DNA from: Octopus vulgaris
Lineage: Eukaryota
Direction of reading: 5' to 3'
Length of the DNA stretch: 64,000 nt
Assembly (NCBI GenBank): GCA_951406725.2
Contig: OX597843.1
Location: 4,402,001 to 4,466,000, forward strand
Below the pieces are notes generated by a model, which searched no databases, was not told the origin of the DNA, and saw only the letters and a list, made by a program, of their open reading frames with translations. Each line of letters begins with the position of its first letter. Position 1 is the first letter of the stretch. Below, piece after piece: positions 1-14,875 of the stretch. The translations under genes and the position numbers were made by a program.

Positions 1-377
1 CATTTGACTGTGGCCATGCTGGAGCACCGCCTTTAGTCGAGCAAATCGACCCCAGAGCTTATTCTTTGTAAGCCTAGTACTTATTCTATCAGCTTCTTTT
101 GCCGAACCGTCAAGTTACGGGGACATAAACTCACCAGCATCGGTTGTCAAGCAATGTTGGGGGACAAACACAGGCCCACAAACATACACACACATACATA
201 TATATATACATATATACTATGGGCTTCTTTCAGTTTCCATCTACCAAATCCACTGAAGGCTTTGGTCGGCCCAAGGCTATAGTAGAAGACACATGCCCAA
301 GGTGCCACGCAGTGGGACTGAACCTGGAACCATGTGGTTGGTAAGCAAGCTACTTACCACACAGCCACTCCTACGCC
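1..377 (-). mobile_element. SINE family A (tRNA-derived head, CORE-like CCTTGGGCAAGT segment, internal microsatellite); truncated by the window edge
   Basis: Many near-identical copies or half-copies in the window, e.g. 6965-7373, 9775-11160 cluster, 12430-12868, 19515-19730, 36390-36790, 52734-53143. A-box TGGCTGTGTGG and B-box GGTTCAGTCCC. Confidence 0.85.
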
Positions 378-997
378 TATATTATTATATGTTATGTATT
401 TCGTCTGTCGTTACGTTCTGAGTTCAAATTCCGCCAAGGTCAACTTTGCCTTTCATCCTTTCGGGGTCAATAGATAAAGTACCAGTTTCACAGTGGGGTC
501 GATGTAATCGACTTAATCCCTTTGTCTGCCCTTGTTTGTCCCCTCTGTGTTTAGCCCCTTGTGGGCAATAAAGTAAATAAATTTTATCATATGCTGTATT
601 AATCTATTTCAGTAATGTTAAACTTTGATATTTCTAAATACATAAATGATTATGTATAATTTTATTAAGACCTATTGATTGCAGTAAGTTGAAAGTAATT
701 TAATATTTTATATATAATTTAATTAATAATTATTTGGAACTTAATTTTATAGTTCTTTTGTTATTCTATTTTCCTTTAATTCATGAAGCTTAAATAATTT
801 TCACCTTTTTCATTAATAAATATTTTTCACCATTTTCATTGATAATTCTATTTTATTTTTCTACACAATGTCTTCACGAGTTTAATTTCTTTTAAACGCT
901 AAGACCTACATTTTTTACGTTTAAAATTCAGTTGTACTATTTTCATCGACAAGCTTAGTAACATTTGTGGCTATGTATCTGTGTGTGTGTATGTATG

Positions 998-1310
998 TCA
1001 TCATCATCGTTTAACGTCCGTTTTCCATGCTAGCATGGGTTGGACGGTTCAACTGGGGTCTGTGAAGCCAGAAGGCTTCATCAGGCCCAGTCAGATCTGG
1101 CAGTGTTTCTACGGCTGGATGCCCTTCCTAACACCAACCACTCCGAGAGTGTAGTGGGTGCTTTTTATGTGCCACCCGCACAGGTGCCAGACAAGGCTGG
1201 CAAACTATCTCAGCTACAATTTCCATTGATGTTAGGCCAGTTGGGGCGGCGCTGGCAACGGCCACGTTCGGACGGTTCTCTTACGTGGCACCGGCACTGG
1301 TATCTCAGCT
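998..1310 (-). mobile_element. SINE/LINE-tail family D with (ATG)n tail and internal GTGCCGGTGGCACGTAAAAAGCACC repeats
   Basis: Other copies at 6250-6605, 21195-21440, 43140-43438, 45960-46416 and 63050-63242. Intact 3' ends read ...GGACGTTAAACGATGATGATG, an RTE-like tail. Confidence 0.75.
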
Positions 1311-2074
1311 ACAATTTCCATTGATGTTGAAAGATTTTGATTTTGATTTTGATTTTCACTTGCCTATATATTTGAAATTAAGATGCAACAGGCGAAGACA
1401 GGTCTATAACTAACAAGCAAGCGTGTTAGTTTGATGGTGAGGAAAAATGAAAGGTGAAAAAGTCCTTTATGTTTTGAGCCTACACTCTGCAACAGAGCAG
1501 GGCGAATGGAATATGAACATTATATTTGAACCGTTTTGCTTATAAAGTCAGGGTGCATTGCATTCTGTTGCTTAAAAGAAAAAATGTATTATAGATAAAT
1601 AAACAACTCATAAAAAATGTATAATGTCTGCTGAGTGTACAATTGGACGTGAGACACACTGAAGGTCCCTAATTCTTCACCAGTTATCAACCCAAGTGGT
1701 GGTACTCATTTTTGCACCATGAGTGATAAGACTGAGTATTTCTCATACTTGTGGGGCCCAGAAAAGTTGCGGAGAATATAAGGCCGAGAGCAAACAAAGC
1801 AGTACTAAGTGGACTTCGTGCTGCCCGAAGTTTTGTCAGTGAACAGGTCGTGGTCTCAAAGCGATGAAAATATTTTGACAAATTAAACTTAAATGTTGAA
1901 GTGAATCTAACGGTTTTTGTGTGTTTCTTAAATGGCTTACAAACACCTTCCACGCTGCAATTGTATATATATATGTATGTATATATATATATAGGGAGAG
2001 TTTACGAAAAAAACAAAAGACGAAGACAGGTGGTGTACAAAACAAACAGTATAACGCTCAAGAATAGAAAAAGT

Positions 2075-2110
2075 CTTTTACGTTTCAAGCCTACGCTCTT
2101 CGACAGAAAG
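2075..2110 (-). ncRNA. Degenerate minimal hammerhead-like motif (CTGTCGA core variant)
   Basis: CTTT-CTGTCGA-AGAGCGTAGGCTT-GAAAC-GTA-AAAG. Related to the 31.9/32.2 kb motifs; a more decayed copy lies at ~1462-1497. Confidence 0.35.
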
Positions 2111-3304
2111 GGACAAAGAAAAAACAAGGAGAGAGAAAAAAATGTGTAGTGGCTAACAATCTATATATATATATATATATACATATATACGACAGGCTCC
2201 TTTCAGTTTCCGTCTACCAAATCCACTCACAAGGCTTTGGTCGACCCAAGGCTATAGTAGAAGACACTTGCCCAAGGTACCACGCAGTGGGACTGAACCT
2301 GGAACCATGTGGTTGGTAAGCAAGCTACTTACCACACAACCGCTCCTACACTTGTATGTATGTGTCAGTGGGTGTGTGTACACACATACACATGTATCTA
2401 CTAAAGTCTACATCTTTCAGTTCAAATAGCCAGGCCAATGCCATGCATTGTTACCATGGTAACATGGACAGTGGTCATTCTCCTCTTAAGGACATGATGT
2501 GCTGTTGTCAAGGCAACATGGTCAGCTGAATCAGGATGTTGTCTTCTCTCGGATTTCTTCCTTCCTGGAGACATTACCATCTTTGTCACAAGCATACACA
2601 CACACACACACACACACACATATAGATATATATGTGTGTGTATATATATGTATGTATGCATTTATGTATATCTATGTATGTATGTATGTATATATATATA
2701 TATATGCATATATATGTATGTATGTATATATGTGTGTGTGTATATATATATGTATATATATCTATATATGTGTGTGTATATATATATGCATATATATATT
2801 TATATATATATGTGTGTGTCTGTGTATGTGTATATACATACACATGTATATCTGCACACATACATATATACTTATATGTATGTATACACACATATATGTA
2901 AATATATTTGTATATAACCATGTATACTTGTAAATTCATATATGTTTGCATAAATATGTGTGTATGTGTTTGTATATATAAATAAATAAATATATATATA
3001 TATATATGTATGTATATATATATCATCATCATCATCATCGTTTAATGTCCGCCTTCCAGGCTGCATCAGGCTCCAATCTGATCTGGCAGAGTTTCTACAG
3101 CTGGATGCCTTCCTCAGCTTTTCTTGCTCCCTGGATGGTGAAATATCTTTCAGGCTGCAGAGAGCAACCGATTCCTTCCGGTCTCTTGAGTCTCATGTCT
3201 GGTAAAGGTCCTCGAGACACATTCTGAATGTTATATGTTATATATATATATATAAAACATACATATATATATTATATGTTATATATATAAATGTTGAGTA
3301 ATGC

Positions 3305-3404
3305 AGACCTGAAGATTGGGAGTATGTCGACCTGAGTAAGTATTGAAACTAGATACCTCGTATCTAATCAATACCGACGTACTTTCATGAAACATGTGTA
3401 GTCT
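3305..3404 (+). ncRNA. Type I hammerhead ribozyme-like motif with long stem II
   Basis: AGAC-CTGAAGA-(TTGGGAGTATGTCG...CGACGTACTTTCAT stem II)-GAAAC-ATGT-GTA-GTCT. Stem I is AGAC/GTCT and the core is intact. Confidence 0.65.
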
Positions 3405-3771
3405 TATAAACAGAAAATACAGAATTCAGAATAGATATAGTTAGTATAAGATTTAATATTTAACATTTTATGGAGTGGTTAGGTATAAAATCTTTCAGTG
3501 TTGATTAAGTTGAACGTGGTTCTGTCTCTAAAATTACTTTTATATATACGAATTAAACATTGAGATATGTTCATTTTAGTACATCTAATTTGAATGTCTT
3601 TCTCCTGTGTACTTGGAAGTAATATTCCCTAATAATAATTATATTAATAATAATTAATATATATATATATGTATATATATATATATGTATATATATATAT
3701 GTATATATATATATGTATATATATATATGTGTATATATATGTATATATATATATATACGTATATATGTATA

Positions 3772-3828
<57 letters not shown>

Positions 3829-4047
3829 GTATATATATGTATATATATATATGTATATATATATATGTATATATATATATGTATATATATATATGTGTAT
3901 ATATATATATGTGTATATATATATATGTATATATATATATGTGTATATATATATATGTGTATATATATATATGTATATATATATATGTGTATATATATAT
4001 ATGTATATATATATGTGTATATATATATATATATATATGTGTATATA

Positions 4048-4088
<41 letters not shown>

Positions 4089-4320
4089 GTGTGTGTGTGT
4101 GTATACACATGTGTATGCTTATGTATGTACATATATATTTTTACACACCCGCACACATATAAGTAAATATGTATGTATAAACACGTGTGTCTCTTTGTGC
4201 TGTCCATAATTGAGAGTGACCGGTCAAGCAAGTGTCCTTCAATAGCCACGAGAAGGGACAATGACAACAATAAGAGCAACGACAACATCATCAATAACAA
4301 CCACACACAATGTGCTTGTA

Positions 4321-4355
<35 letters not shown>

Positions 4356-4924
4356 AGCTGCACTTTGAGGTAATAAGTGATTACTTAATCCAAGTAGCGT
4401 TCATTATAATCAACAATCTCCACCCGCCCCCACTCCTGACATGACCACCACACTTGCCTTGCAAATTGAGCTAATGAAGGATCCGGTTACTCGCTGCTCG
4501 ACTTCACTAGACAAGCGTGCAGGCACGGCTGAGTGGTTAAGAAGCTTGCTTCCCAACCACGTGGTCCCGGGTTCGATCCCACAGTGTGGCGGCGCCTTGG
4601 GCAACTGTCTTCTATTATAGCCACAGGCCAACTAAATCCTTGTGAGTGGATTTGGTAGAGAGAATCTCAATGATGCACATTGTATAATGTGTGCATGCGT
4701 GTGTGTGTGTGTGCGTGCATGTGTGTGTGTGTGTGTATGTGTGCGTGTGTATGTTTGTGTGTGTGTGTGTGCATGTATGTGTGTGTATGTGTGTGTGTAT
4801 GTGTGCGTGTGTATGTGTGCGTGTGTATGTGTGCGTGTATGTGTGTATCCTCATCCTTTTCATTCTCCTCCTCCTCCTCATCATCATCATGATTCAATGT
4901 CCGTTGTCCATGCTGGCATGGGTC

Positions 4925-5349
4925 CTTTCAGTTTTCTTGCTTATTAGGACTTAAATGTTTGCCTTAAAAGTTAACTTTAAGGCCCTTAGATTTAAGGTTT
5001 TGCTTCCACACCCGGACCCGGAATTTTTCCTCTAGCTCTGATACGGGATCCACTATGAGCTCAATATCATCAGCATATTGTAGGTTAGTAGTTCCCAAAG
5101 GCTGCCAGTCTTGAATTCCTCTCTTATGACCTGGAGGACAATGATGAAAAAGAGGAGACAAAGGACTGAGCCTTGACGAACCCCTACCTGTACACCAAAC
5201 TCTTCGTTGTACTCGTGGTTAACTCTCACCTTACTGACAGCCTCTTTGTACCTGGCTTGTACAGATTTCACCAGCTGCTCCTCTTTCCCTAGCGTCCTCA
5301 GAGCTCACCATATCACACAGCAGGGCACTCTATCAAAAGCTTACTCTAG
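4925..5349 (-). mobile_element. RTE-clade LINE reverse transcriptase fragment, degenerate
   Basis: Translates to AFDRVP...VGVRQGSVL...YADD...GLKVN with frameshifts and stops. Confidence 0.85.
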
Positions 5350-5357
5350 ATAGAAGC

Positions 5358-5728
5358 GGTTGAGAGGCGGTTGGATGGAACCTACACTCGCCTTCTTATG
5401 AGAGCTCAAAATCTCTCGTGGAAGCGCCATCCAACCAAAATGCAAATATATGGGAAACTACCACCTGTGTCATCTCTTGTGAAAGGTAGGAGAGTCCAGT
5501 TTGCTGGACATTGTTGTAGAGCTGAAAAAGAGGTAATTTCTACTCTTCTCCTCTGGAAGCCATCTACTCGCAATGCCAGAGGGCGCACACTCTCCTACCC
5601 TGATGTAATTTCCAGGGATACAGGCATCCAGCAACAGGACCTCCGTAATGCCATGATGGACCGTGAAGTCTGGCGTAGAATGGTAAATTCCATTGTCTCG
5701 ACCACGGTCGAACAATGATGATGATGAT
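5358..5728 (+). mobile_element. 5'-truncated LINE (RTE/RTE-X-like ORF2 C-terminus) with (ATG)n tail and 8-bp TSD
   Basis: Open frame LDGTYTRLLMRAQNLSWKRHPT...RRVQFAGHC...AMMDREVWR. ATAGAAGC is duplicated at 5350-5357 and 5729-5736. Confidence 0.8.
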
Positions 5729-5975
5729 ATAGAAGCCTTGCTCTCAGGACCACTCATGTCTAGAAACTGAGCTTGGGGGTAAACAAAAGCATGCTCCCCA
5801 TAGAAACTCCAGCTCCAAAAAAGCCTCATGATAGCAAAGGAGAATGGGCACCAGCCAGCCGAAAGGTTGAGGTGGGCTGCACCTGCCTACCTTGGTTGCT
5901 ATGGCATTGAGGTAGATTCAGCCACCCCTGTTAACGGGAACAAAACCCAGATTAAAAACACTGGATGATGATGAT

Positions 5976-6054
<79 letters not shown>

Positions 6055-6088
6055 TTATATATATATATGTATATATATATATATGTAT

Positions 6089-6144
<56 letters not shown>

Positions 6145-6197
6145 GTATGTATATATATATATATATGTATATATATATGTATATATATATGTATATA

Positions 6198-6231
<34 letters not shown>

Positions 6232-7639
6232 CACACATATAGGTTTGCTGATGCCAGCGTCGCCTCGACTGGCTTCTGTGCCGGTGGCACATAAAAAGCA
6301 CCATCTGAACGTGGCCGATGCCAGCCCCGCCTTGACTGGCTCCCGTGCCGGTGGCATGTTAAAAGCACCAACTGATCGTGGCCGATGCCAGACTCCTCTG
6401 GCATCTGTGCCGGTGGCACGTAAAAAGCACCCGCTACACTCTTGGAGTGGTTGGCGTTAGGAAGGGCATCCAGCTGTAGAAACTCTGCCAGATCAGACTG
6501 GAGCCTGGTGCAGCCCCTGGCTTCCCAGACCCCGGTCGAACCGTCCAACCCATGCTAGCATGGAAAATGGACGTTAAACAATGATGATGATGATGATGAT
6601 GATGATAGGTATGTTGGTGCTTAGAGGACAATTAGAACTCAAAATATGAGTAAATGTATATTTCTATTAATATTCAGCCGAATATTGAACTCAGAACTAA
6701 ATGCCTCTGAGCATCATTTTGTCCAGCGTGCTACTGACTCAGCCAGCTCACCACCTTATCGTATGTAGTAATATCAGCAGGTTACAATAATTTTTAGCGA
6801 TTAAGTGAGCAGGTGGACATTAGCCAGGTTAATTAAATGTTATATTGCTAATTAAGCAGATGAAATTATATAATAAATGCATTTAATGAACTTGTGCAAA
6901 GTTTAACAAGAATTACATAAATGGAAAAATATTTACTGCAGTATATGCATAAAATAGCATCTGTTATCCTTTATCTTTTATATGTTTTAGTCATTTGACT
7001 GTGGCCATGCTGGAGCACCACCTTTAATCGAGCAAATTGACCCCGGCACTTATTCTTTGTAAGCCCAGTACTTATTCTATCGGTCTCTTTTGCCGAAACG
7101 CTAAGTAACGGGGGACATAGACACACCAGCATCGGTTGTCAAGCAATGCTAGGGGGACAAACACAGACACACAAACACACACATACATATATATATATAT
7201 ACATATATACGACAGGCTTCTTTCAGTTTCCGTCTACCAAATCAACTCACAAGGCATTGGTTGGCCCGGGGCTATAGCAGAAGACACTTGCTCAAGATGC
7301 CATGCAGTGGGACTGAACCTGGAACCATGTGGTTGGTAAACAAGCTACTTACCACACAGCCACTCCTGCGCCTATATGCATAAAATAGCATCTGTTATCC
7401 TTTATCTTTCAGATGTTTCAGTTGTTTGACCGTGGCCATGCTGGGGCACCATCTTGATGGGTTTTAGTTGAATAAATTGATCCCAGGATTTAATCATATA
7501 TGGGTTAAGCCTAGTATTTATTTTATCAGTCTCTTTGCTGAACTGCTAAGTTACAGGGATGTACACACACCAACAGCGGTTGCCAAGTAGTGGCGATGAT
7601 GGGAGGACAAATACAAACACAAATACAGACACACACACT

Positions 7640-7675
<36 letters not shown>

Positions 7676-7875
7676 AAATAAGAAAATGGAGGAATACACT
7701 TTAATCAATCATCAACTACCAGATAATACCCATTCACATAATTTATTAACCAACTACATAGGAACATCAAGATCAAACACAATAATACAGAACAAAACAG
7801 TACACATCAATGAGTAATATGATACCATACGTACAATACGTTTAAATAAATATAAATAAATATAAATATAAACTA

Positions 7876-8003
7876 GATCTTACAGCTGTTTCAGCCATGT
7901 AGATATGAGTATCTCATTATGCTCATATTAGCCAGGTGTGATAAGGTAATATGTGGTTATAAATGAGATACTTACATATATATCCCAAGGCCTCTTCAGA
8001 GAT
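7876..8003 (-). ncRNA. Type I hammerhead ribozyme-like motif with ~100-nt insertion in loop II
   Basis: Minus strand reads ATCT-CTGAAGA-GGCC...GGCT-GAAAC-AGCT-GTA-AGAT. Stem III is the palindrome ACAGCTGT. Confidence 0.6.
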
Positions 8004-8696
8004 TATAAAGTACAATTCAAATATTTATTAATATTAGATATATATATATATACATACAGCAGGCTTCTTTCAGTTTCCATCTACCAAATCCACTCAAGGC
8101 TTTGGCTGACCCTGGGCTATTTTTGAAGACACTTGCCCAGGGTTCCATGCAGTGGGATTGAACCCGAAACCATGTGGTTGGGAAGCAAGCTTCTTACCAC
8201 ACAGCCGTACCTGAAACACATAAAAGGGAGTGTGTGTGTGTGTGTGTGTGTGTGGGCGCACACATAGCTTATAGGTTCTATATAATACAAATCAATAAAG
8301 GCTAATAGAGATCAATACATGCGTGCGCGCATGTAAGTATCTAGTGTGTGCATATATGTGTATATGTGTGTCTGTGTATATGTGTGTCTGTGTATATGTG
8401 TGTGTATTTGTATCTATGTATGTCTTTGTGTGTATGTGTGCGTTTGTCGGTGTGTATGTGCACATATGTGTGTGTATGCGTGTCTTAGTGTATGCAATTA
8501 TATATATGTGCATGCATATGTGTGTCTGTATGTCTATGTGTCTATATGTGTGTGTCTGTGCATTTATATGCATGTGTGTGTGTGTGTGTCTGTGTGTGTA
8601 TGAACCTATATATATGTGTGTCTGTGTGTATGTGCATGTATATAAAAGTTTGTGTGTGTATGCATGTGTGTGTGTGTCTGTGTGTGTGTATGAACC

Positions 8697-8729
<33 letters not shown>

Positions 8730-10389
8730 CTGTATATGTCTGTGTGTAAGTGCATTTATATAAAAGTTTGTGTATATGCATGTGTGTATGTGTGTCTGTG
8801 TGTGTATGAACATATATACATGTGTGTGTGCCTGTATATGTGTCTGTGTGTATGTGCATTTATATAAAAGTTTGTGTGTGTGTGTGTGTCTGTGTGTGTG
8901 TGTATGAACCTATATATGTGTGTGTGTGTCCGTATAAGTGTCTGTGTGTGTATGTGCATTTATATAAATGTGTGTGTGTCTGTGTGTGTATGAACCTATA
9001 TATATATATGTGTGTGTGTCTATATGTGTCTGTGTGTATGTGCATTTATATAAAAGTTTGTGTCTGTGTGTGTGTCTGTGTATATGAACCTATATATATA
9101 TGTGTGTGTGTCTGTATCTGTGGCTGTATGTGTATGTGCATTTATATAAAAGTGTGTGTGTGTGTGTGTGTCTGTGTGTGTATGAACCTATATATATATA
9201 TGTGTGTGTCTATATGTGTGTGTGTGTGTGTGCATGTATATGCATGTGTGTGTATGTGTCTGTATGTGCATATGTGTGTCTGTGCATGTATATGCATGCG
9301 TGTGTGTATATGTGTCTGTATGTACATGTATATGCATGTGTGTGTGTTTGTGTGTGTGTCTGTGTGTGTATGAACCTATATATATATATGTGTGTGTGTG
9401 TGTCTGTATATGTGTCTGTGTGTGTATGTGCATTTATATAAATGTGTGTGTGTGTGTGTGTGTGCATGGCTGTCTGTTCAAACAAGGTTTAAAACATCGA
9501 GTGGGTATTTTCATTGCAAGCTGAGTAGAGGTGGTGGAGTTTGAGTGGAGTGTGGGGTTAGGGATTTGAGTGTCCCTGATCAAACATTATCGGATCATTA
9601 ACAGGGAGAAACGGGATCATGGTTACACAGGCAGCTGAGTGTTTTTCAGCCCAGGGGCAGTCCTGATTCAGTAGAACCATAATCAGAAATGTTCCAACCA
9701 CATTTAGAACTACATTATTTAACATGTTTTTTCTTTGTTGCTAAGTCATGAGGGTGTAAACAAACCAACACCGTTTGTCAAGTGATGGTGGTGCCAAACG
9801 CATACACAAAGGCTCACACACACGCACACACACACATACTTATATATATATATACGGCGGGCTTCCTTCAGTTTCCGTCTACCAAATCCACTCACAAGGC
9901 TTTGGTCGGCCCGAGGCTATAGCAGAAGACACTTGCCCAAGGTGCCACACAGTGGGACTGAACCCGGAACCATGTGGGTGGTTAGCAAGCTACTTACCAC
10001 ACAGCCATATATATATATATATATACGATGGGCTTCTTTCAGTTTCCGTCTACCAAGGCTATAGCAGAAGACACTTGCCTAAGGTGCCACGCAGTGAGAT
10101 TGAACCCAGAACCATGTGGTTGGAAAGTGAACATCTTATGACAGTCACACCTGCATACACACACACACACATATATAATGTATGGCGAATTTATGGAATG
10201 AAGTCCCATAAAACTCATCAGCGCAGGAGTGGCTGTGTGGTAAGTAGCTTGCTTCCCAACCACATGGTTCCGGGTTCATTTACACTGCGTGGCACCTTGG
10301 GCAAGTGTCTTCTACCATAGCCTCGGGCCGACCATAACCTTGTGAGTGGATTTGGATAGATGGAAACTGAAAGAAGCCCATCGTATTTA

Positions 10390-10451
<62 letters not shown>

Positions 10452-11532
10452 CGCAGGAGTGGCTGTGTGGTAAGTAGCTTGCTTACCAACAACATGGTTC
10501 TGGGTTCAGTCCCACTGCGTAGCACCTTGAGCAAGTGTCTTCTACTATAGCCTCGGGCTGACCAAAGCCTTGTGAGTGGATTTGGTTGACGGAAACTGAA
10601 AGAAGCCCATCGTATATATGTATATGTATATATATGTATATATATATTCTTTTCTTTTACTTATTTCAGTCATTTGACTGCGACCATACTGGAGCACCGC
10701 CTTTAGTTGAACAAATCGACCCCAGGACTTATTCTTTGAAAGCCTAGTACTTATTTTATCAGTCTTTTTTGCCGAACTGCCAGCATCGGTTGTCAAGCAA
10801 TGGTAGGGGAACAAACACAGACACACACACACACATATATGATGGGCTTCTTTCAGTTTCCGTCTACCAAATTCCCTCAAGGCTTTGGTCAGCCCGAGGC
10901 TATAACAGAAAACACTTGACCAAGGTGCCATGCAGTGGGACTGAACATGGAACCATGTGGTTGGTAAACAAGCTACATACCACACAGCCACTCCTGCATA
11001 CATATATATATACATACGATGGGCTTCTTTCAGTTTCCGTCTACCAAATCCACTCACAATGCTTTGGTCAGCCTGAGGCTATAACAGAATACACACTTGA
11101 CCTAAGTGCCATTCAGCGGGACTGAAACCTGAACCATGTAATCCGGAAACAAACTTCTTACTACACCGCCGCGTCTGCACTTATATATTCATTAATTTAT
11201 TTATTCACAAAGAAGTTCGGTCAACCTGAAGCTGAAATAAAAGATATCTGCTTGAAGCCCATTGCATCAACAAAAGCCATAACTGAAGCTGAGGACATCG
11301 TAATCCTTTTATACAATATCGTACAATATCGTCTTTGCTGTTTTATATACCCCTGTCGTATTAATTGGATGTGTATATTGATTGGTATCACTGGCATAAT
11401 AAAATGTGTTATGAATCACCAGATATATATATATATACATACAAGAGACAATAAAACACAGTAGATCAGATTTCAATGTGTATATATGAGGATATATATG
11501 CATGTATTCATATATGTATATATATATATATA

Positions 11533-11588
<56 letters not shown>

Positions 11589-12636
11589 TATACATATACA
11601 TATATACACACACACACATATATATATATATGAATGTATATGTGTAAGTATATATGATATGTATATATGTATGTGTATATATGTGTGTGTGTGTATGTAT
11701 ATATGAATGTATATATGAATGTATATATATATATGTATGTATATATATGTGTATATGTATATATATATGTGTGTATATGTATGTATATATGTGTGTGTAT
11801 ATATATATATATATGTATATGTGTATATGTATGTATATATATATGTGTATATCTATATATATATATGTATATGTATATGTATGTATATATATATATATAT
11901 GTGTGTGTGTATATATATATACATATACACACATCCATATGCATACATATAGAGATACACACACATACACATATACAAATACATGTGTGTATATATGTAT
12001 GTATGCATGTGTATGTGTATGTGTGTTATACACATGTATGTATTCATGTATGTAAGCAGCAATAAAAATAACCCATTAACAAATTAATATATCCACGTAT
12101 ATCCATTAAGATGTACATTGTATGTACACATCTTATACACACATGCGTACATGTGTGTGTATATATAGAGAGGCATGCACGTGCACAGTCACCCATACAC
12201 ACACACATACCTCTTTTCTTTTGGCTGTTTTTGTCATCAGGTTGTGACCATGCTGGAGTCTCACCTACAGCACTTATTGTTTAAGCCTTGTACTTACCTC
12301 CAGGAACTCTGTTTGTCAGACCGCTAAGTCATATGATATTAACGCCTTAGAAGCACATACATATCTACAAACATATGCATACATACGCATAAACATACAT
12401 ATATATATATATACATTTATACACCACTTCACAGTTTCAGTCATTTGACTGCGGCCATGCTGGAGCACTGCCTTTAGTCGAGCAAATTGACCCCAGGACT
12501 TATTCTTTGTAAGCCCAGTACTTATTCTATCGGTCTCTTTGCCAAACATCTAAGTTACGGGGACGTAAACACACCAGCATCAGTTGTCAAACGATATTGG
12601 GGGGACAAACACAGACACACAAACATACACACACAT

Positions 12637-12711
<75 letters not shown>

Positions 12712-13370
12712 TACGACGGGCTTCTTTCAGTTTCCGTCTACCAAATCCACTCGCAAAGCTTTGGTCGGCCCGAGGCTATAGCAGAAGACACTTGTCCAAG
12801 GTGCCATGCAGTGGGACTGAACCCAGAACCATGTGGTTGGTAAGCAAGCTACTTACCACACAGCCACTATATGTCTGCAAAGAGGGCCTCCCTTGTACAT
12901 TTTTCTCTCACATTTCATTGAGCTCTTTGTTAATTGCTTTTCACAAAAGCAATATTTTCATTATAAATGTAGAACTGCGATGTCGTTAATCCCTTAATTG
13001 ATACGACTGCATACATAAATGTGCATACATGCATACATATATATACTTATATTCATATACATACTTAAATACATAAATATATATACACATGATGCATATA
13101 TTCATATACATACTTACATACATAAATACATACATACATGATACATATATTTATATACAAACTTAAATACATAAATATATACATACATGTACATGCATAT
13201 ATGTATACATGGATACATACATATATGCATACATGTGCACTCATATACACACACAGGAGCATATGTCTTTAGTATAAAAGGTTTGGAAGAAATGACTGTC
13301 TCCAGTGTGTGTGTGTGTACGTGTGTGTATGTGTGTGTGTGTGTGTGTGTATCTGTGTGTGTGTGTGTGT

Positions 13371-13424
<54 letters not shown>

Positions 13425-14875
13425 CTGTGTGTATGTGTGTGTATGTGCGTGTGTGTATGTGCGTATGTGTGTGTCTGTGTGTGTCTGTGTGTGTATATGT
13501 GTGTGTATGTGTATGTGTGTCTGTGTGTGTGCGTATGTGTGTGTGTGTATATATGTGTATGTGTGTGTGTATATGTGTGTATGTGTCTGTGTATGTGTGT
13601 GTGTCTGTGTGCGTATGTGTGTGTGTCTGTGTGCGTGTGTGTGTGTGTGTGTGTCCAATACTTTGGCTGCAAAGTGGACATGTTGTAAATAAATAAAGAA
13701 AGACAAAGAGAAGAGGGGAATTAAATGACAGCAGCAGCAGCAGCCATGGTAGCAGCAGGCTGGGTGAGAGAGAGAGATTGAAAGGGAGTGAGAGAAAAGA
13801 GGCCGGAGGGGGAGGGGTGGGGGGAAGAAAGGGACCAGAAATATTGAAAAGGGGAAGGAAAGTGAGGAGGGGAGAGAAGGAAAAACAGGAAGATAGTGAG
13901 AGAGAGGAGAGGAGTGGGGAGAGAAACAAGAAGACAGTGAGAGAGGGGAGAGGGAGAGGAGAGGAGGGGGTGAGAGAGAGAAATAGGAAGACAGTGAGAA
14001 AGGGAGAGTGAGAGAGAAAGGCAAAGAGAGAGACAGAGAGATAGATGGCAGCAGAGGGACAAAGAGAGAGAGAGAGACAGACAGACAGAGAAAATCAGAG
14101 AGAGAGAGAGAGAGAGTAAGAGACAGAAAGGCAAAAACAGAGAGAGAGAGAGAGGTAGAGAGAGAGAGAGAATAAGAGACAGCATAAAACAGATAGTGTG
14201 AGAGAGAGAGAGAAAGAGGCAGAAACAGAGAGAGAGAGAGAGAGAGAGAGACGGACAGACAGACAGAGACAGAGAGAGAGCATGAGAGTCTGGGAAGATG
14301 TAATTATATTCAGTATAAATGTATTTGGCGTTAAGGAGAGATGTGATTGTGAGCAAAGCGGTTGGAGTCGTGATTAGGAGGCCATCATCCAGGACCGGGT
14401 ATGTTATCAGGCTTTTTCTTTTTTCATTTCTGTTTCCGAATCGCACTGATGTGCAAGTCCGATGAAGATCCGGAGGGACAGTGCCCATCTTTAAGTGCTT
14501 TTGATGTACTCTTTGACAGGCTGTTTGAGAAGTGTCAAGTGTGTTCCTTATACACATATACATACACACACACACACACAAGCGCACACACACACGTTGG
14601 TGTGTGTATGTGTATTTATGTATATATATAAATATATGTATATGTGTATGTATGTATGTATATATGTATATATATGTGCTTGTATGTGTGTATGTGTATG
14701 TATACATATTGATAATTGCATATGTATGTGTGTTTATAGGCGTAGGAGTGGCTGTGTGGTAAGTAGCTTGCTTCCCAACCACATGGTTCCGGGTTCAGTC
14801 CCACTGCGTGGCACCTTGGGCAAGTGTCTTCTACTAAGGTGGACGGTAAACGACAGGTTTATTAATAAAGTATAC

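Noticed and set aside
14300-14540. Unique-looking islands as exons of another gene (also 2420-2590, 3110-3225, 46640-46770, 49320-49420)
   Set aside because: No phase-consistent chain or recognisable protein could be built; they may be UTR exons or old repeats.
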